A stretch of 64,000 bases of DNA from Acidimicrobiales bacterium (GTDB taxonomy: Bacteria > Actinomycetota > Acidimicrobiia > Acidimicrobiales > RAAP-2), in contig DASXFR010000069.1 of NCBI GenBank assembly GCA_036489495.1, positions 45,232-109,231 of the forward strand, written 5' to 3'. The notes beneath the pieces are model-generated. The model saw nothing but the letters and a program-made list of their open reading frames with translations, was not told where the DNA came from and made no database searches. Shown here in pieces: positions 37,716 to 46,724 of the stretch. Positions within the stretch are counted from its first letter, which is position 1. Each line of letters starts with the position of its first letter. The position numbers and the translations under genes are program-made.

Positions 37716-38215
37716 GAGGTCGGCGGCGGCCGAAACAGGGAGACGGCCAGCAGCAGGCAACCGACCACGATGCAGGCGTCGGCCACATTGAAGGTCGGCC
37801 AGAAGTGGAAGTCGATGAAGTCGACCACCGCCCCGTGATCGCCTCGGAACATCCGGTCGGACAGGTTGCCCACCGCGCCCCCGATGATCAGCCCGAAGAT
37901 GGCGGCCCGGGCGAAGGACGGCGAACGGTAGACCAGTACCAGCAGCACCGTGACCAGAATGACGGCGATCACCACCAGTACCGCCGAGTCCCCCTGGAAC
38001 AGGCTGAAGGCCGAACCGGTGTTCCGGCTCAAGGCCAGATCCAGGGTCCAGATCACGTGGATCGGGCCGGTGTCCAGGCGGTCGACCGCCCACCATTTGG
38101 TCAGCTGATCCACCACCACCACCACGGCGGCCACCGCGACCGCGCCGCCCAGCCGGAGGGACGCGCCGGCCGGGGCACCCCGTCGAACCGTGCTCGATTC
38201 GGCGTTGCCGGTCAG
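37712..38215 (-). CDS. lspA: lipoprotein signal peptidase II
   Basis: It has DQLTKWW, NTGSAFS, VVDFIDF and WPTFNVADA. The canonical-start ORF is 37712..38134 (140 aa) but lacks TM1. I extend it to the in-frame CTG at 38215 (see findings). The 5' end is therefore provisional. Confidence 0.85.
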   Translation of the reverse strand: MTGNAESSTVRRGAPAGASLRLGGAVAVAAVVVVVDQLTKWWAVDRLDTGPIHVIWTLDLALSRNTGSAFSLFQGDSAVLVVIAVILVTVLLVLVYRSPSFARAAIFGLIIGGAVGNLSDRMFRGDHGAVVDFIDFHFWPTFNVADACIVVGCLLLAVSLFRPPPTS

Positions 38216-38949
38216 CGTCGCGACAGCCCCCCGCTCTTACAGGCCATGCACAGCCGGGCATAGGGCAGGGCCCGGAGCCGGGTCTTGGGGATCGGCTGGA
38301 AGCAGCGCTCGCAGATGCCGTAGGTCTTTCGGGCGATGCGCTCCAGCGCGTCGTCGATCTCCTCCACCGCCGCCTGGGCCTGCGCCGAGAGAGCCAGATC
38401 GCGCTCCCGGTCGACCGCCACCGTTCCCCCCTCGCCGCCCTCGGCGTCGAACTGCACGTCGCCGGGCTCGCGTTCTTGGGCCAGCGAGTCGGCCTCGGCT
38501 CGGAGGTCCTCGGCCTGGCCCTGGGCCACCGCCCGCTCTTCGAGCAGCAACAGCCGCTGCTCCTCGAGGAACTTGGCGTCCTTGGCGTAGGGGCCCACCG
38601 TCGGCCGCTTGGGGGCGGGCGGAGCCACCGCCGCCTTCTTGGCCGGGGCGGTCTTCTTGGCCGGGGCGGCCTTGGCGGCGGGAGCGGTCTTCTTGGCCGG
38701 AACCGCCCGTTTGGCCGGGGCGGCCTTCTTGGCCGGGGCCGCCTTGCGGACCGGCGTCGTCTTCTTGGCTGGGGCCACCTTGCGGGCCGGGGCCACCTTG
38801 CGGGCCGGCGTCGTCTTCTTGGCCGGGGCGGTCTTCTTGGCCGGCACCGCCCGCTTGGCCCGGGCCACCTTCTTGGCCGGGGTGGTCTTCTTGGTCCCCT
38901 TGCGGGCCGGCGCCGCTTTCACCACTGGCGCCCGCTTCTTCGTCGTCAT
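38212..38949 (-). CDS. histone H1-like / DksA-TraR zinc-finger fusion protein (DdbA-like)
   Basis: The N-terminal ~110 aa are PAKK/AAPAKK repeats. The C-terminus has a coiled coil and a C4 finger, CERCFQPIPKTRLRALPYARLCMAC. A strong GAGGAGG Shine-Dalgarno precedes ATG 38949. Confidence 0.88.
   Translation of the reverse strand: MTTKKRAPVVKAAPARKGTKKTTPAKKVARAKRAVPAKKTAPAKKTTPARKVAPARKVAPAKKTTPVRKAAPAKKAAPAKRAVPAKKTAPAAKAAPAKKTAPAKKAAVAPPAPKRPTVGPYAKDAKFLEEQRLLLLEERAVAQGQAEDLRAEADSLAQEREPGDVQFDAEGGEGGTVAVDRERDLALSAQAQAAVEEIDDALERIARKTYGICERCFQPIPKTRLRALPYARLCMACKSGGLSRR
38620..38910 (-). repeat. degenerate in-frame repeats encoding the PAKK/AAPAKK histone-H1-like tract
   Basis: Units of the form CTTCTTGGCCGGGGCGG(T/C)C recur on the plus strand and lie within the coding region of the DdbA-like gene. 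Confidence 0.85.
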
Positions 38950-39220
38950 TCCTTCAAACCTCCTCAGGGACCGACCGCACCCGCCATGACCCCATTTGGG
39001 CCGGAAAAACGTGTGAATCTGCGTTGTGGTGAGCGGGTGACGATACCGTGCCCAACCGGGCCCGGCAATCCGTCAGGCCATCGACCGTGCCGGGCACCAT
39101 AGCGGGTGAACACCGATCGTCAGTCGGCACCGTCGACGACGGGGGCGATTTCCCCTGTTCAGCCGGGCAGAGATTGGCTGGACGCCGGAGACCTCTCCGC
39201 GGCTGGCGCCGCCGGACGGT

Positions 39221-40024
39221 TCAGCTGGGACGGGCGGGTGCGGCGTCTCCCGATTTCGGCGCGCTCCGGGCGCCCGCCGGTTGGCTGTCGGCGGCCGGGG
39301 GTCGGGACTGCCCGGCGGCGGGTTGGGCGGCCGGACGCCCGGCCAGGGCGGCGGCCGGCTGCACGTTGTCATCGACCCACTTGATGACCTCGGTGAGGGC
39401 GGCCCGCAACCGTTGGCGTTCGGACTCGAGATGGCGGGCCATCGACTCCACGTCGCCGGTGAGCTGCACCCGGATCCCTTCGAGCCGGGTCACCTCCTCC
39501 CGCAGCTTGCGCTCGGAATCGGCGGTGATCTGGGCGACGTTGGACTCGGCGTTGGCTCGCACGCTCCGGGCGTGGGCTTCGGCTTCGGCCACCAGCTTCG
39601 CCGCCCGGGCCTCGGCGTCGGCCTTGGTCTCGTCGACGAATTTCTGCGCCAACAGCAGGGTGCGTTGGAGGGTCTCGTCGGCCATGCCCGCATCCTGGGC
39701 GGCGGCCGGCGCCGGGCGCGGCTCGGACGATTCGAGCTGGGAGATGCGCTCGCTGGCCTGGCGGAGTCGTTCGTTGGCCTGGCGGAGCTGCTCCTGGAGC
39801 CCTTCGGCCTCGACCGCCGCCTTCTCCAGATACTCGTCGACGTCATCCCGGTGGTACCCCTTGAGGGTCTCCCGGAACTCGACGGTCCGTAGCGAATCAA
39901 GGGCTGATTGTGACGAAGCCATGCCGGACATGCTAGCTGGGCTGGGCTGATGGCCCGTGGATAGCGCCTCGGCCTCCGGGGTGGCGGTCGGGTCGGCGTC
40001 GGGACGGTTTCGCGGCCGTCTCAT
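39221..40024 (-). CDS. divIVA: DivIVA domain protein (Wag31-like)
   Basis: It has LRTVEFRETLKGYHRDDVDEYLEKA followed by coiled coil. The start is uncertain: ATG 40024 overlaps the yggT stop (ATGA), and ATG 39931 or 39922 would give a shorter N-terminus. Confidence 0.88.
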   Translation of the reverse strand: MRRPRNRPDADPTATPEAEALSTGHQPSPASMSGMASSQSALDSLRTVEFRETLKGYHRDDVDEYLEKAAVEAEGLQEQLRQANERLRQASERISQLESSEPRPAPAAAQDAGMADETLQRTLLLAQKFVDETKADAEARAAKLVAEAEAHARSVRANAESNVAQITADSERKLREEVTRLEGIRVQLTGDVESMARHLESERQRLRAALTEVIKWVDDNVQPAAALAGRPAAQPAAGQSRPPAADSQPAGARSAPKSGDAAPARPS

Positions 40025-40278
40025 CCCAGCACCAGCGGCAGGATGATGACCTGGATGACCAGGATCACCACCAGGACGGACAGATCCAGTCCGACCCCCC
40101 CGATCCGGGCGGTGGGGAGCACTCTTCGCACCAGATTGAGGACCGGATCGCAGACCACCGCCAGCCCCCGCTGGATCCGGCGCACCGGCGAGTCATAGGC
40201 GGGCTGGACCCAACTCAGCAGCGAGTAGGCGATCAGCACGAAGACATAGAGCTCCAGCAGGTAGCCGATGAGACGCAT
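40021..40278 (-). CDS. YggT family membrane protein
   Basis: The 85-aa protein has two TM segments and sits in the canonical position between sepF and divIVA. Confidence 0.85.
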   Translation of the reverse strand: MRLIGYLLELYVFVLIAYSLLSWVQPAYDSPVRRIQRGLAVVCDPVLNLVRRVLPTARIGGVGLDLSVLVVILVIQVIILPLVLG

Positions 40279-40316
40279 GGCTGTTCAGACTATCCCGGCG
40301 GATCAGGCCGGAGGGC

Positions 40317-40871
40317 TCAGGGGTTGACGAGACCGCGCTCGGTCAAACGCTGCCGCTCCTCTTCTGACACCTTCACGTTGGAAGGGGTGAGCAGGAACAC
40401 CTCGTCGGCCACCCGTTCCATCCCGCCGGCCAGGGCGTAGGTGACCCCGCTGCAGAAGTCGATCATCCTCCGCTGCAGGTCACGATCCCCGCTCTGGAGG
40501 TTGACGATCACCGGTTGGTTGGCCATCAGCCGGTTGGCGATCTCCTGGGCATCGGCGAAGCGATTGGGCGCCACCACGTGCACCTTGGCCCCGGCCGCCT
40601 CGGCCGAAATGGGCCGGATGGAGGAGGCCCGGGCGATGGTGGGCTGCTGGGCGACCGGGACGGGTCCGGGCGGCTCTTCCAGCGGCAGGGTCCGGATCCG
40701 GCTGGGGGCAACCGCCGGCATCGGGTCATCCCGCTCGTCCAGCCGTCTCGGCCGTTGGGGGGCGTGGCTGACCTGGGCCGGGCCGCGAGGCTCGTCATAG
40801 TCGTAGTCGTCGTAGTCATCATCGACGAGGCCCAGATAGGCCATCGTCTTCTTCATAAATGAGGCTGCCAT
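40317..40871 (-). CDS. sepF: cell division protein SepF
   Basis: An N-terminal membrane-targeting segment (MKKTMAYLGLV) and an acidic linker precede the C-terminal domain, which carries FADAQEIANRLMANQPVIVNL...RMIDFCSGVTYALAG. Confidence 0.92.
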   Translation of the reverse strand: MAASFMKKTMAYLGLVDDDYDDYDYDEPRGPAQVSHAPQRPRRLDERDDPMPAVAPSRIRTLPLEEPPGPVPVAQQPTIARASSIRPISAEAAGAKVHVVAPNRFADAQEIANRLMANQPVIVNLQSGDRDLQRRMIDFCSGVTYALAGGMERVADEVFLLTPSNVKVSEEERQRLTERGLVNP

Positions 40872-40930
40872 CTTTCCCTCCGCTCGACAGCGTAGTGCCT
40901 GACTCGCATGGTGGGTGGATACCTGGCGGG

Positions 40931-41605
40931 TCAGTCCTTCGGCGGCCGGTCCCCGAAAAGACCCCTCCCAACGCGTATCATCGTCGACCCTTCGGCCACC
41001 GCCACCTCGAGGTCCTCGGTCATCCCCATCGAGCGAACCGGCAGGTCAAGCCCATCGGCCAGAACGCTGACCGCCCGGAACCCGGCCCGGGACCCCTCGG
41101 GTGGGCCCGGCGGCCCGACCGCCATCAGCCCGGCCACCTCCAGGGCCTCGTCGCGCAAGGCCGAGACCAGCCCGACCACGCCATCGGGGGGGCATCCGCC
41201 CCGCCCGGGGATCCCGGCGATGTCCACCTGGACCAGCACGCTCGCCCCCGGTCGCCGCTTGGCGATGGCCCGACCCTCCTCCAGGCGGCTGACCCCCTGC
41301 CAGCACGCCACCAGAGGGGCCAGCCGGGGGACCTTGTTCCGCTGGATGGCGCCCAGGAAGTGCCACCGGGGCACCGGGTCGGCGCCCTCGGTCTCGGCCG
41401 CCTTGGCCACCAATTCGTCGGCGTAGTTCTCCCCGATGTCGACGATGCCGGCGCCGAGGGCACCCCGCACCGCGTCGGCGCCGAACCCCTTGGTCACCGC
41501 CACCACCCCGACCCCGGCCGGATCCCCCCCGGCGGCGGCAATCCGCTCCCGGACTCCGTCCAGGCGGACGGCGATGTCGGCGGCGTCGAACCGGGTCGGC
41601 ACCAT
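40931..41605 (-). CDS. YggS/YlmE family pyridoxal-phosphate homeostasis protein
   Basis: The internal Met gives [15 protein letters not shown]. The motifs VAVTKGFG (PLP Lys) and WHFLGAIQRNKV are present, for 224 aa. Confidence 0.9.
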   Translation of the reverse strand: MVPTRFDAADIAVRLDGVRERIAAAGGDPAGVGVVAVTKGFGADAVRGALGAGIVDIGENYADELVAKAAETEGADPVPRWHFLGAIQRNKVPRLAPLVACWQGVSRLEEGRAIAKRRPGASVLVQVDIAGIPGRGGCPPDGVVGLVSALRDEALEVAGLMAVGPPGPPEGSRAGFRAVSVLADGLDLPVRSMGMTEDLEVAVAEGSTMIRVGRGLFGDRPPKD

Positions 41606-42324
41606 CAGCGGTGGTCCCCGGCCGTCGACCACACCACCATCGCCTGCCGCTCCGCCTCGGCCCGCCCCCGGTGCGAGAAGTACCGGTCGTCGCAGGACGT
41701 GCAGGCCTCGACCCCGGGGACCGGACGGACGCCGGCGGCATCGAAGGCAGCGGTGACGGCGGCCGGCAGGTCCAGCGCCGGTTGGCCGGTGGCCGACACC
41801 GAGCGGACGCCGTCGCCGTAGCGCGCCGCCACCGACTCGAGGTCGACGTCGGAGAACGGGTAGCACTCGGCATGGATGACGGGACCCACCGCGCCGTGGA
41901 CGGCGGTGGCCCCGAGGCCGCGCATGGCCACGGCGGCGGCTTCGACGACGCCGCCCAGCAGGCCCCGCCAGCCGGCGTGGACGGCGGCGAAGACGCCCTC
42001 GTCACTCCCCAGCGCGATCGCCGCGCAGTCGGCGGTCAAGACGGCCAGGCCCACCGATGGTGAAGCCGACACCAACCCGTCGCCCTCCGGGAGCCCGCCG
42101 GCCGGAGTGTCCTCGGTGACGATGTGGATGGTGGCGCCGTGGACTTGTCGGAGCCGATGGAGTCGTAACCGGTCGGGACGGCTTCCGGACACCTGGACGA
42201 CGAACCGGTCGAGTGGATCCGTAGACCCCGGCGGCCAGCGTTGGTCCCCGTGCGAACGATCTGACCACCCGGCCCGGATGTCTCCGGTGAGGGTGACGAT
42301 GACGGGTGAGCGGCTCCGGGTCAG
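41605..42324 (-). CDS. pgeF: peptidoglycan editing factor PgeF (YfiH/laccase-domain family)
   Basis: It has [20 protein letters not shown] and FSHRG. The canonical-start ORF is 41605..42192 (195 aa). The same frame stays open to a CTG at 42324, giving 239 aa, the usual family length (see findings). The 5' end is provisional. Confidence 0.85.
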   Translation of the reverse strand: MTRSRSPVIVTLTGDIRAGWSDRSHGDQRWPPGSTDPLDRFVVQVSGSRPDRLRLHRLRQVHGATIHIVTEDTPAGGLPEGDGLVSASPSVGLAVLTADCAAIALGSDEGVFAAVHAGWRGLLGGVVEAAAVAMRGLGATAVHGAVGPVIHAECYPFSDVDLESVAARYGDGVRSVSATGQPALDLPAAVTAAFDAAGVRPVPGVEACTSCDDRYFSHRGRAEAERQAMVVWSTAGDHR

Positions 42325-43448
42325 CGAAGGAAGGACGGGACGTCGAAGTCGTCGTCCCCGAGGTCGAGGTCGTCGTCATCGGTCGGCGAGGCGAAGATGT
42401 CCTCGTGGGCCGTTTCCAAGCCGAGCACCTTGCTGTGACCTTCGTCCCGGCCGGCGGAGGTGTGGGCCGGCTCTGCCGAACCCCGGCCTCCGGACTCCCA
42501 GCGTTCGAAGCCGGCGGCGATGACGGTGACCCGGACCTCATCGCCCATCTCCTCGTCGATCACACTGCCGAAGATGATGTTGGCGTCGGGATGGGCCACC
42601 CCGTGGATGATCTCCGCCGCCTCATTGACTTCGAACAGGCCGAGATCGGGTCCACCGGCGATGTTGAGCAGGATGCCGCGTGCCCCTTCGATCGACGCCT
42701 CGAGCAGCGGGCTGGTGATGGCGGCCCGGGCGGCATTCACCGACCGGCCTTCACCGGTCGACGAGCCGATCCCCATGATGGCGGTGCCGGCGTTGCTCAT
42801 GATCATCTTCACGTCGGCGAAGTCGGTGTTGATCAAACCCGGAATCGTGATCAGGCTGGTGATGCCCTGGACCCCCTGCATCAGCACCTCGTCGGCCATC
42901 TTGAAGGCGTTGACCATCGAGGTCTTCTCGCTCGACACGGTCAGCAACCGGTCGTTGGGAATGATGATGAGGGTGTCGACCTTCTCTTTGAGGTTTTGAA
43001 TGCCGGCTTCGGCCTGGACCGAACGACGCCGGCCCTCGAAGGTGAACGGACGGGTCACCACCCCGATGGTGAGGGCACCCAAGCTCTTGGCGATCTCCGC
43101 GACCACCGGGGCAGCGCCGGTTCCGGTGCCACCACCCTTGCCGGCGGTGATGAACACCATGTCGGCGCCCTTCAGCGCCTCCTCGATCTCCGACCGGTGT
43201 TCCTCGGCAGCCAGACGCCCAACTTCGGGGTCACTTCCGGCCCCCAGTCCCCGGGTCAGCTGACGGCCGATGTCCAACTTCAGATCGGCGTCGCTCATCA
43301 GGAGCGCTTGGGCGTCGGTGTTGGTGGCAATAAACTCGACGCCGCGAAGTCCGGCCTCGATCATGCGGTTGACGGCGTTCACGCCGCCGCCTCCCACCCC
43401 CACCACCTTGATGACGGCGAAGTAGTTGTTCTGAGCAGGAACGGTCAT
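42321..43448 (-). CDS. ftsZ: cell division protein FtsZ
   Basis: The internal Met gives [29 protein letters not shown]. The tubulin signature [13 protein letters not shown] and the C-terminal peptide [10 protein letters not shown] are present. Confidence 0.97.
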   Translation of the reverse strand: MTVPAQNNYFAVIKVVGVGGGGVNAVNRMIEAGLRGVEFIATNTDAQALLMSDADLKLDIGRQLTRGLGAGSDPEVGRLAAEEHRSEIEEALKGADMVFITAGKGGGTGTGAAPVVAEIAKSLGALTIGVVTRPFTFEGRRRSVQAEAGIQNLKEKVDTLIIIPNDRLLTVSSEKTSMVNAFKMADEVLMQGVQGITSLITIPGLINTDFADVKMIMSNAGTAIMGIGSSTGEGRSVNAARAAITSPLLEASIEGARGILLNIAGGPDLGLFEVNEAAEIIHGVAHPDANIIFGSVIDEEMGDEVRVTVIAAGFERWESGGRGSAEPAHTSAGRDEGHSKVLGLETAHEDIFASPTDDDDLDLGDDDFDVPSFLR

Positions 43449-43505
43449 GTATTCCCTTACCCTCGACAAAAGGTTGAAACCGTTCCAACCAGCGAGTTCG
43501 ACACA

Positions 43506-43534
43506 ACGATACGGTTCATGGAGTACCTGGTCAA
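43506..43534 (-). promoter_or_regulatory. candidate ftsZ-proximal promoter: -35 TTGACC, 17-nt spacer, -10 TATCGT
   Basis: The minus strand reads TTGACCaggtactccatgaaccgTATCGT in the AT-richer ftsQ-ftsZ spacer, about 55 nt upstream of the ftsZ ATG. A second perfect TTGACA lies at 43548-43553. Confidence 0.4.
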
Positions 43535-43595
43535 GCAACCTCGACGTTGTCAAGAGCTTAATTCGTCTCGGTTCCCAGGTGAGGGATGGTGCTCG

Positions 43596-44405
43596 TCAAC
43601 TCACCGTCGGCGCCCCCGGAACGGTGACGTCGATGGTTTTCATCCCTTTGAGTGACGCGTGGGCGATGATACTGGCCACGTCCTGGTACTTGACGTTGAG
43701 ATCGGAGTCGGTGCCCATCACCACGGTGAGGCCCGAGTTGAGGGCGAGGTCGACAGTTCGGTCCGGCGCCACCGTGACCGACACCACCTGGGCGGAAAAC
43801 GCCAGGGGCAGTGTCCGGCACACCTGCAATCCGGAGGCGGCCAACGTCGGCAGCCCGTGCCCCACCGGGGCGGGGGCGACCGGCCCGGCGGTGGTGGTCA
43901 CCACCAGCTGCACCAGCCCGGCCGGCCGGGTCGGCTGCAGGGCCAGGACCCGCCCGGTGGCGTCTACCTGGGCCCAGAGGCCGGACGGGCCGGCCACCAC
44001 CGCCACCGGCACCCGTTCGGTCACCGTCACCTGCACGCCGTCGGGCCAGTGCCGGCTCACCTGGGCGGTCCGAATGAACGGGAGCGCGCTGACCCGGGAC
44101 TCGGCGGCCCCCGCGTCCAGACTGATCAGCAACGGCCGGTGGGCGAGGCCGGCGGCGTTGACGATCTCGGCGGTGGTGGTGTGGGCATGGGCGCCGGTCA
44201 CCGTCACCACCCGCGCCGAGAAGAACGAGGTGTGCAGCAGCGCGAACCCCCCGCCGATGATCGCCACCACCACCAGAACCGCGATGACGACCCGGAGTCG
44301 GCGCCGACCGATGCCCCGCTGCACCGACTGGCGGCGTTGACGGATCCGCGGGTCGATGGACGGCCGACCTCTTGCCGGCGGACGCCGGGGAGGTGACGTC
44401 ACCAC
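43596..44405 (-). CDS. ftsQ: cell division protein FtsQ/DivIB
   Basis: A basic N-terminus and single TM segment (VIAVLVVVAIIGGGFALL) precede the POTRA-like segment VVTVTGAHAHTTTAEIVNAAGL. Tandem GTG starts lie at 44405 and 44402, the latter as GTGA with the murB stop. Confidence 0.85.
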   Translation of the reverse strand: MVTSPPRRPPARGRPSIDPRIRQRRQSVQRGIGRRRLRVVIAVLVVVAIIGGGFALLHTSFFSARVVTVTGAHAHTTTAEIVNAAGLAHRPLLISLDAGAAESRVSALPFIRTAQVSRHWPDGVQVTVTERVPVAVVAGPSGLWAQVDATGRVLALQPTRPAGLVQLVVTTTAGPVAPAPVGHGLPTLAASGLQVCRTLPLAFSAQVVSVTVAPDRTVDLALNSGLTVVMGTDSDLNVKYQDVASIIAHASLKGMKTIDVTVPGAPTVS

Positions 44406-45331
44406 TGCCCCGGCGGATCCGCGTCGAAACCGGCCATTCGCACCTCGGTGGTGAGATCGACCCCGGTCTTGGCCGCCACCGTCGCCCGCACGTGGGCAAT
44501 CAAGTTGGCCACGTCATCGGCCGAGCCGCCCTCGTCGGCCTGGATGAAGTTGGCGTGTTTTTCCGACACCCGGGCGCTCCCGAGCCGGAAGCCTTTCAAC
44601 CCCGCCGCCTCGACCAGCCGGCCGGCCGAGTCGCCCTCCGGGTTGGTGAACACCGACCCGGCGTTGCTCCCTCCCGGTTGGTTGGCCCGCCGCCAGCGAA
44701 CGATGTCGGCGATGGTGGCCGCCCCCTGCTCGGGGTCGCCGTCGTCCAGACCGAAGCGGGCCGCCACCACCACGTCGGAAGGGGCCAGCGAGGTGTGGCG
44801 GTAGGCCATCTGCAGCTCCTCGGCTGGGGCCTCGGCCGCCGCCCCGGTCCGGAGGTCCACCCAGCGGTATGCCACCAGGCTGGCGGCGGTATCCGAGCCA
44901 TGGCCCCCGGCGTTCATGCGGACCGCGCCCCCGACCGAACCCGGGACGCCGACCGCCCATTCCAACCCGGAGAGCCCGGCGGCCGCCGTCCGGCGGGCCA
45001 GCACCGGCAGACTCACGGCCGCCCCGGCCAGCACCTGGTGGCCGTCGACCTCGATGGCTTCGAACCCGCCGCCGAGCGCCACCACCAGCCCATCGAACCC
45101 GCGGTCGGCGACCAACAGATTCGAGCCCCGACCGATGACCAGCACCGGAACCCGCGCCCCGTTGACGGCGGCCGCCACCGCCAACAACTCGTCCTCGTCG
45201 GCCGGTTCGACCAGGAGGGCGGCGGTCCCCCCGACCCGGTAGGTGGTCCGGGCACCCAGCGGCGCGTGGCGCTGCCCCCGGGTTCCCAGCGCGGCGCCGA
45301 CCGCGCCCAGCTCGTCGGCGGTAGCCGTCAA
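44399..45331 (-). CDS. murB: UDP-N-acetylenolpyruvoylglucosamine reductase
   Basis: It has TTYRVGGTAALLV and VLVIGRGSNLLVAD (FAD-binding). TTG 45331 lies 8 nt after the murC stop and is the first start that does not overlap murC. The rest of the 388-aa track ORF is out of frame over murC. Confidence 0.88.
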   Translation of the reverse strand: MTATADELGAVGAALGTRGQRHAPLGARTTYRVGGTAALLVEPADEDELLAVAAAVNGARVPVLVIGRGSNLLVADRGFDGLVVALGGGFEAIEVDGHQVLAGAAVSLPVLARRTAAAGLSGLEWAVGVPGSVGGAVRMNAGGHGSDTAASLVAYRWVDLRTGAAAEAPAEELQMAYRHTSLAPSDVVVAARFGLDDGDPEQGAATIADIVRWRRANQPGGSNAGSVFTNPEGDSAGRLVEAAGLKGFRLGSARVSEKHANFIQADEGGSADDVANLIAHVRATVAAKTGVDLTTEVRMAGFDADPPGQW

Positions 45332-45338
45332 CGGGTTC

Positions 45339-46724
45339 CTACCATCCGGGATCGTCGAGGAGTTCGTCGGGAAGCGAGGTGAGGTCGCCGGCACCGAGGG
45401 TGAAGACCAGGTCGCCGGGTCGGACCAGTTCTTCGATGACCTGGCGGAGCTCGTTCCGCCCCGGCACGTAGCGCACGTCCTTGTCCGGGTCCGCCCGTCG
45501 GACCGCCTCGGCCACCAACTCACCGGAGACCCCGGGAATCGGAGCTTCGCCGGCGCCGTAGACATCGGTCACCATCACCACGTCGGCCTCGGCGAAAGCG
45601 TCGCCGAAGGCTTGCCCCAACGCCCGGGTCCGGCTGTACCGGTGGGGTTGGAACACCGCGATGACCCGCTCCCACCCGCCGTCCTGGGCGGCGCCGAGCA
45701 TGGCCTTGACCTCGCTGGGGAGATGGGCGTAGTCGTCCACGAAGGTGACGCCGTTGGCGTCACCCCGGAACTCGTAGCGGCGGGCGACGCCGGCGAAACG
45801 GGCCAGGGCCCGAGCGGCGGCGTCGAAGGGAATCCCGGCGGCCAGCGCCGCCACGGTGGCCACCGCGGCGTTGCGGGCGTTGTGAAGCCCGGGGATGGGG
45901 ATGGCCAGATGGCCGAGGGTGGCACCCGTCTCGTCGAGGAGGTCGAAGGTGATCGAGCTTCGGGATGGATCGATGTTGACCATCCTCCGGCTGCAGTCGG
46001 CGCCGACCCCGACCGTCTGGCCGCGGTGACGGCGGCCGATCTCGGAGGCCACCGGGTCATCCCCGCCCACCACCGGCGGCGTCGACGCCTGGGCGACGAA
46101 CGCTTCGAACGCCGTCTTCACTCCGTCGAAGGAGCCGTAGTGGTCGAGGTGGTCGGCCTCCACGTTGGTGACGATGGCGATCTCGGGTTGGAGGGCGAGG
46201 AAGGTCCCGTCGCTCTCATCGGCTTCCACCACCAACCAGTCCCCGTCGTCCCAGACGGCGTTGGTCCCGATCTCGTTGACTTCGCCGCCGATGATGAACG
46301 ACGGTCGCACCCCGGCCTCCACCAGCATCAAGGCGAGCATGGAGGCGGTGGTGGTCTTCCCGTGGGTTCCGGCCACCGCGATGCAGCGCCGGAGGGCGGC
46401 GATGGCGGCCAGTGCCTCGGCCCGGCGATAGACAGGGATCCCGCGCCGGACCGCCTCGGCGACTTCGGGATTGCGGTCGCCGACCGCCGACGACCGGGTG
46501 ACGACATCGGCGTTGCCCACGTTGGCGGCCTGGTGGCCCACCGCCACGGGGATCCCCGCCGACCGCAACCGCTCGGTGACCGACGAGTCCTTCAGATCAC
46601 TTCCCGTCACCGTGTGGCCCATGGTGGCCAGCACCATGGCGATCGCACTCATCCCCGCCCCGCCGACCCCCACCACGTGAATGGACATCGGCCGGGACAG
46701 ATCGAGGTGGGGAGCGACGGTCAT
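45339..46724 (-). CDS. murC: UDP-N-acetylmuramate--L-alanine ligase
   Basis: It has IHVVGVGGAGMSAIA and GTHGKTTT. The ATG overlaps the murG stop (ATGA). Confidence 0.95.
   Translation of the reverse strand: MTVAPHLDLSRPMSIHVVGVGGAGMSAIAMVLATMGHTVTGSDLKDSSVTERLRSAGIPVAVGHQAANVGNADVVTRSSAVGDRNPEVAEAVRRGIPVYRRAEALAAIAALRRCIAVAGTHGKTTTASMLALMLVEAGVRPSFIIGGEVNEIGTNAVWDDGDWLVVEADESDGTFLALQPEIAIVTNVEADHLDHYGSFDGVKTAFEAFVAQASTPPVVGGDDPVASEIGRRHRGQTVGVGADCSRRMVNIDPSRSSITFDLLDETGATLGHLAIPIPGLHNARNAAVATVAALAAGIPFDAAARALARFAGVARRYEFRGDANGVTFVDDYAHLPSEVKAMLGAAQDGGWERVIAVFQPHRYSRTRALGQAFGDAFAEADVVMVTDVYGAGEAPIPGVSGELVAEAVRRADPDKDVRYVPGRNELRQVIEELVRPGDLVFTLGAGDLTSLPDELLDDPGW

Noticed and set aside
38620-38910. 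A repetitive DNA tract that at first glance resembles a repeat array or CRISPR.
   Set aside because: The units are degenerate, contiguous (no spacers) and in frame. They encode the PAKK-type histone-like tract of a protein with a good SD and a C-terminal DksA zinc finger.
41605-42192. pgeF as a 5'-truncated pseudogene.
   Set aside because: The upstream 44 codons are open in the same frame with coding-like third-position GC, and they restore the usual family length. I therefore favour non-canonical initiation. Truncation cannot be fully excluded without homologue alignment.
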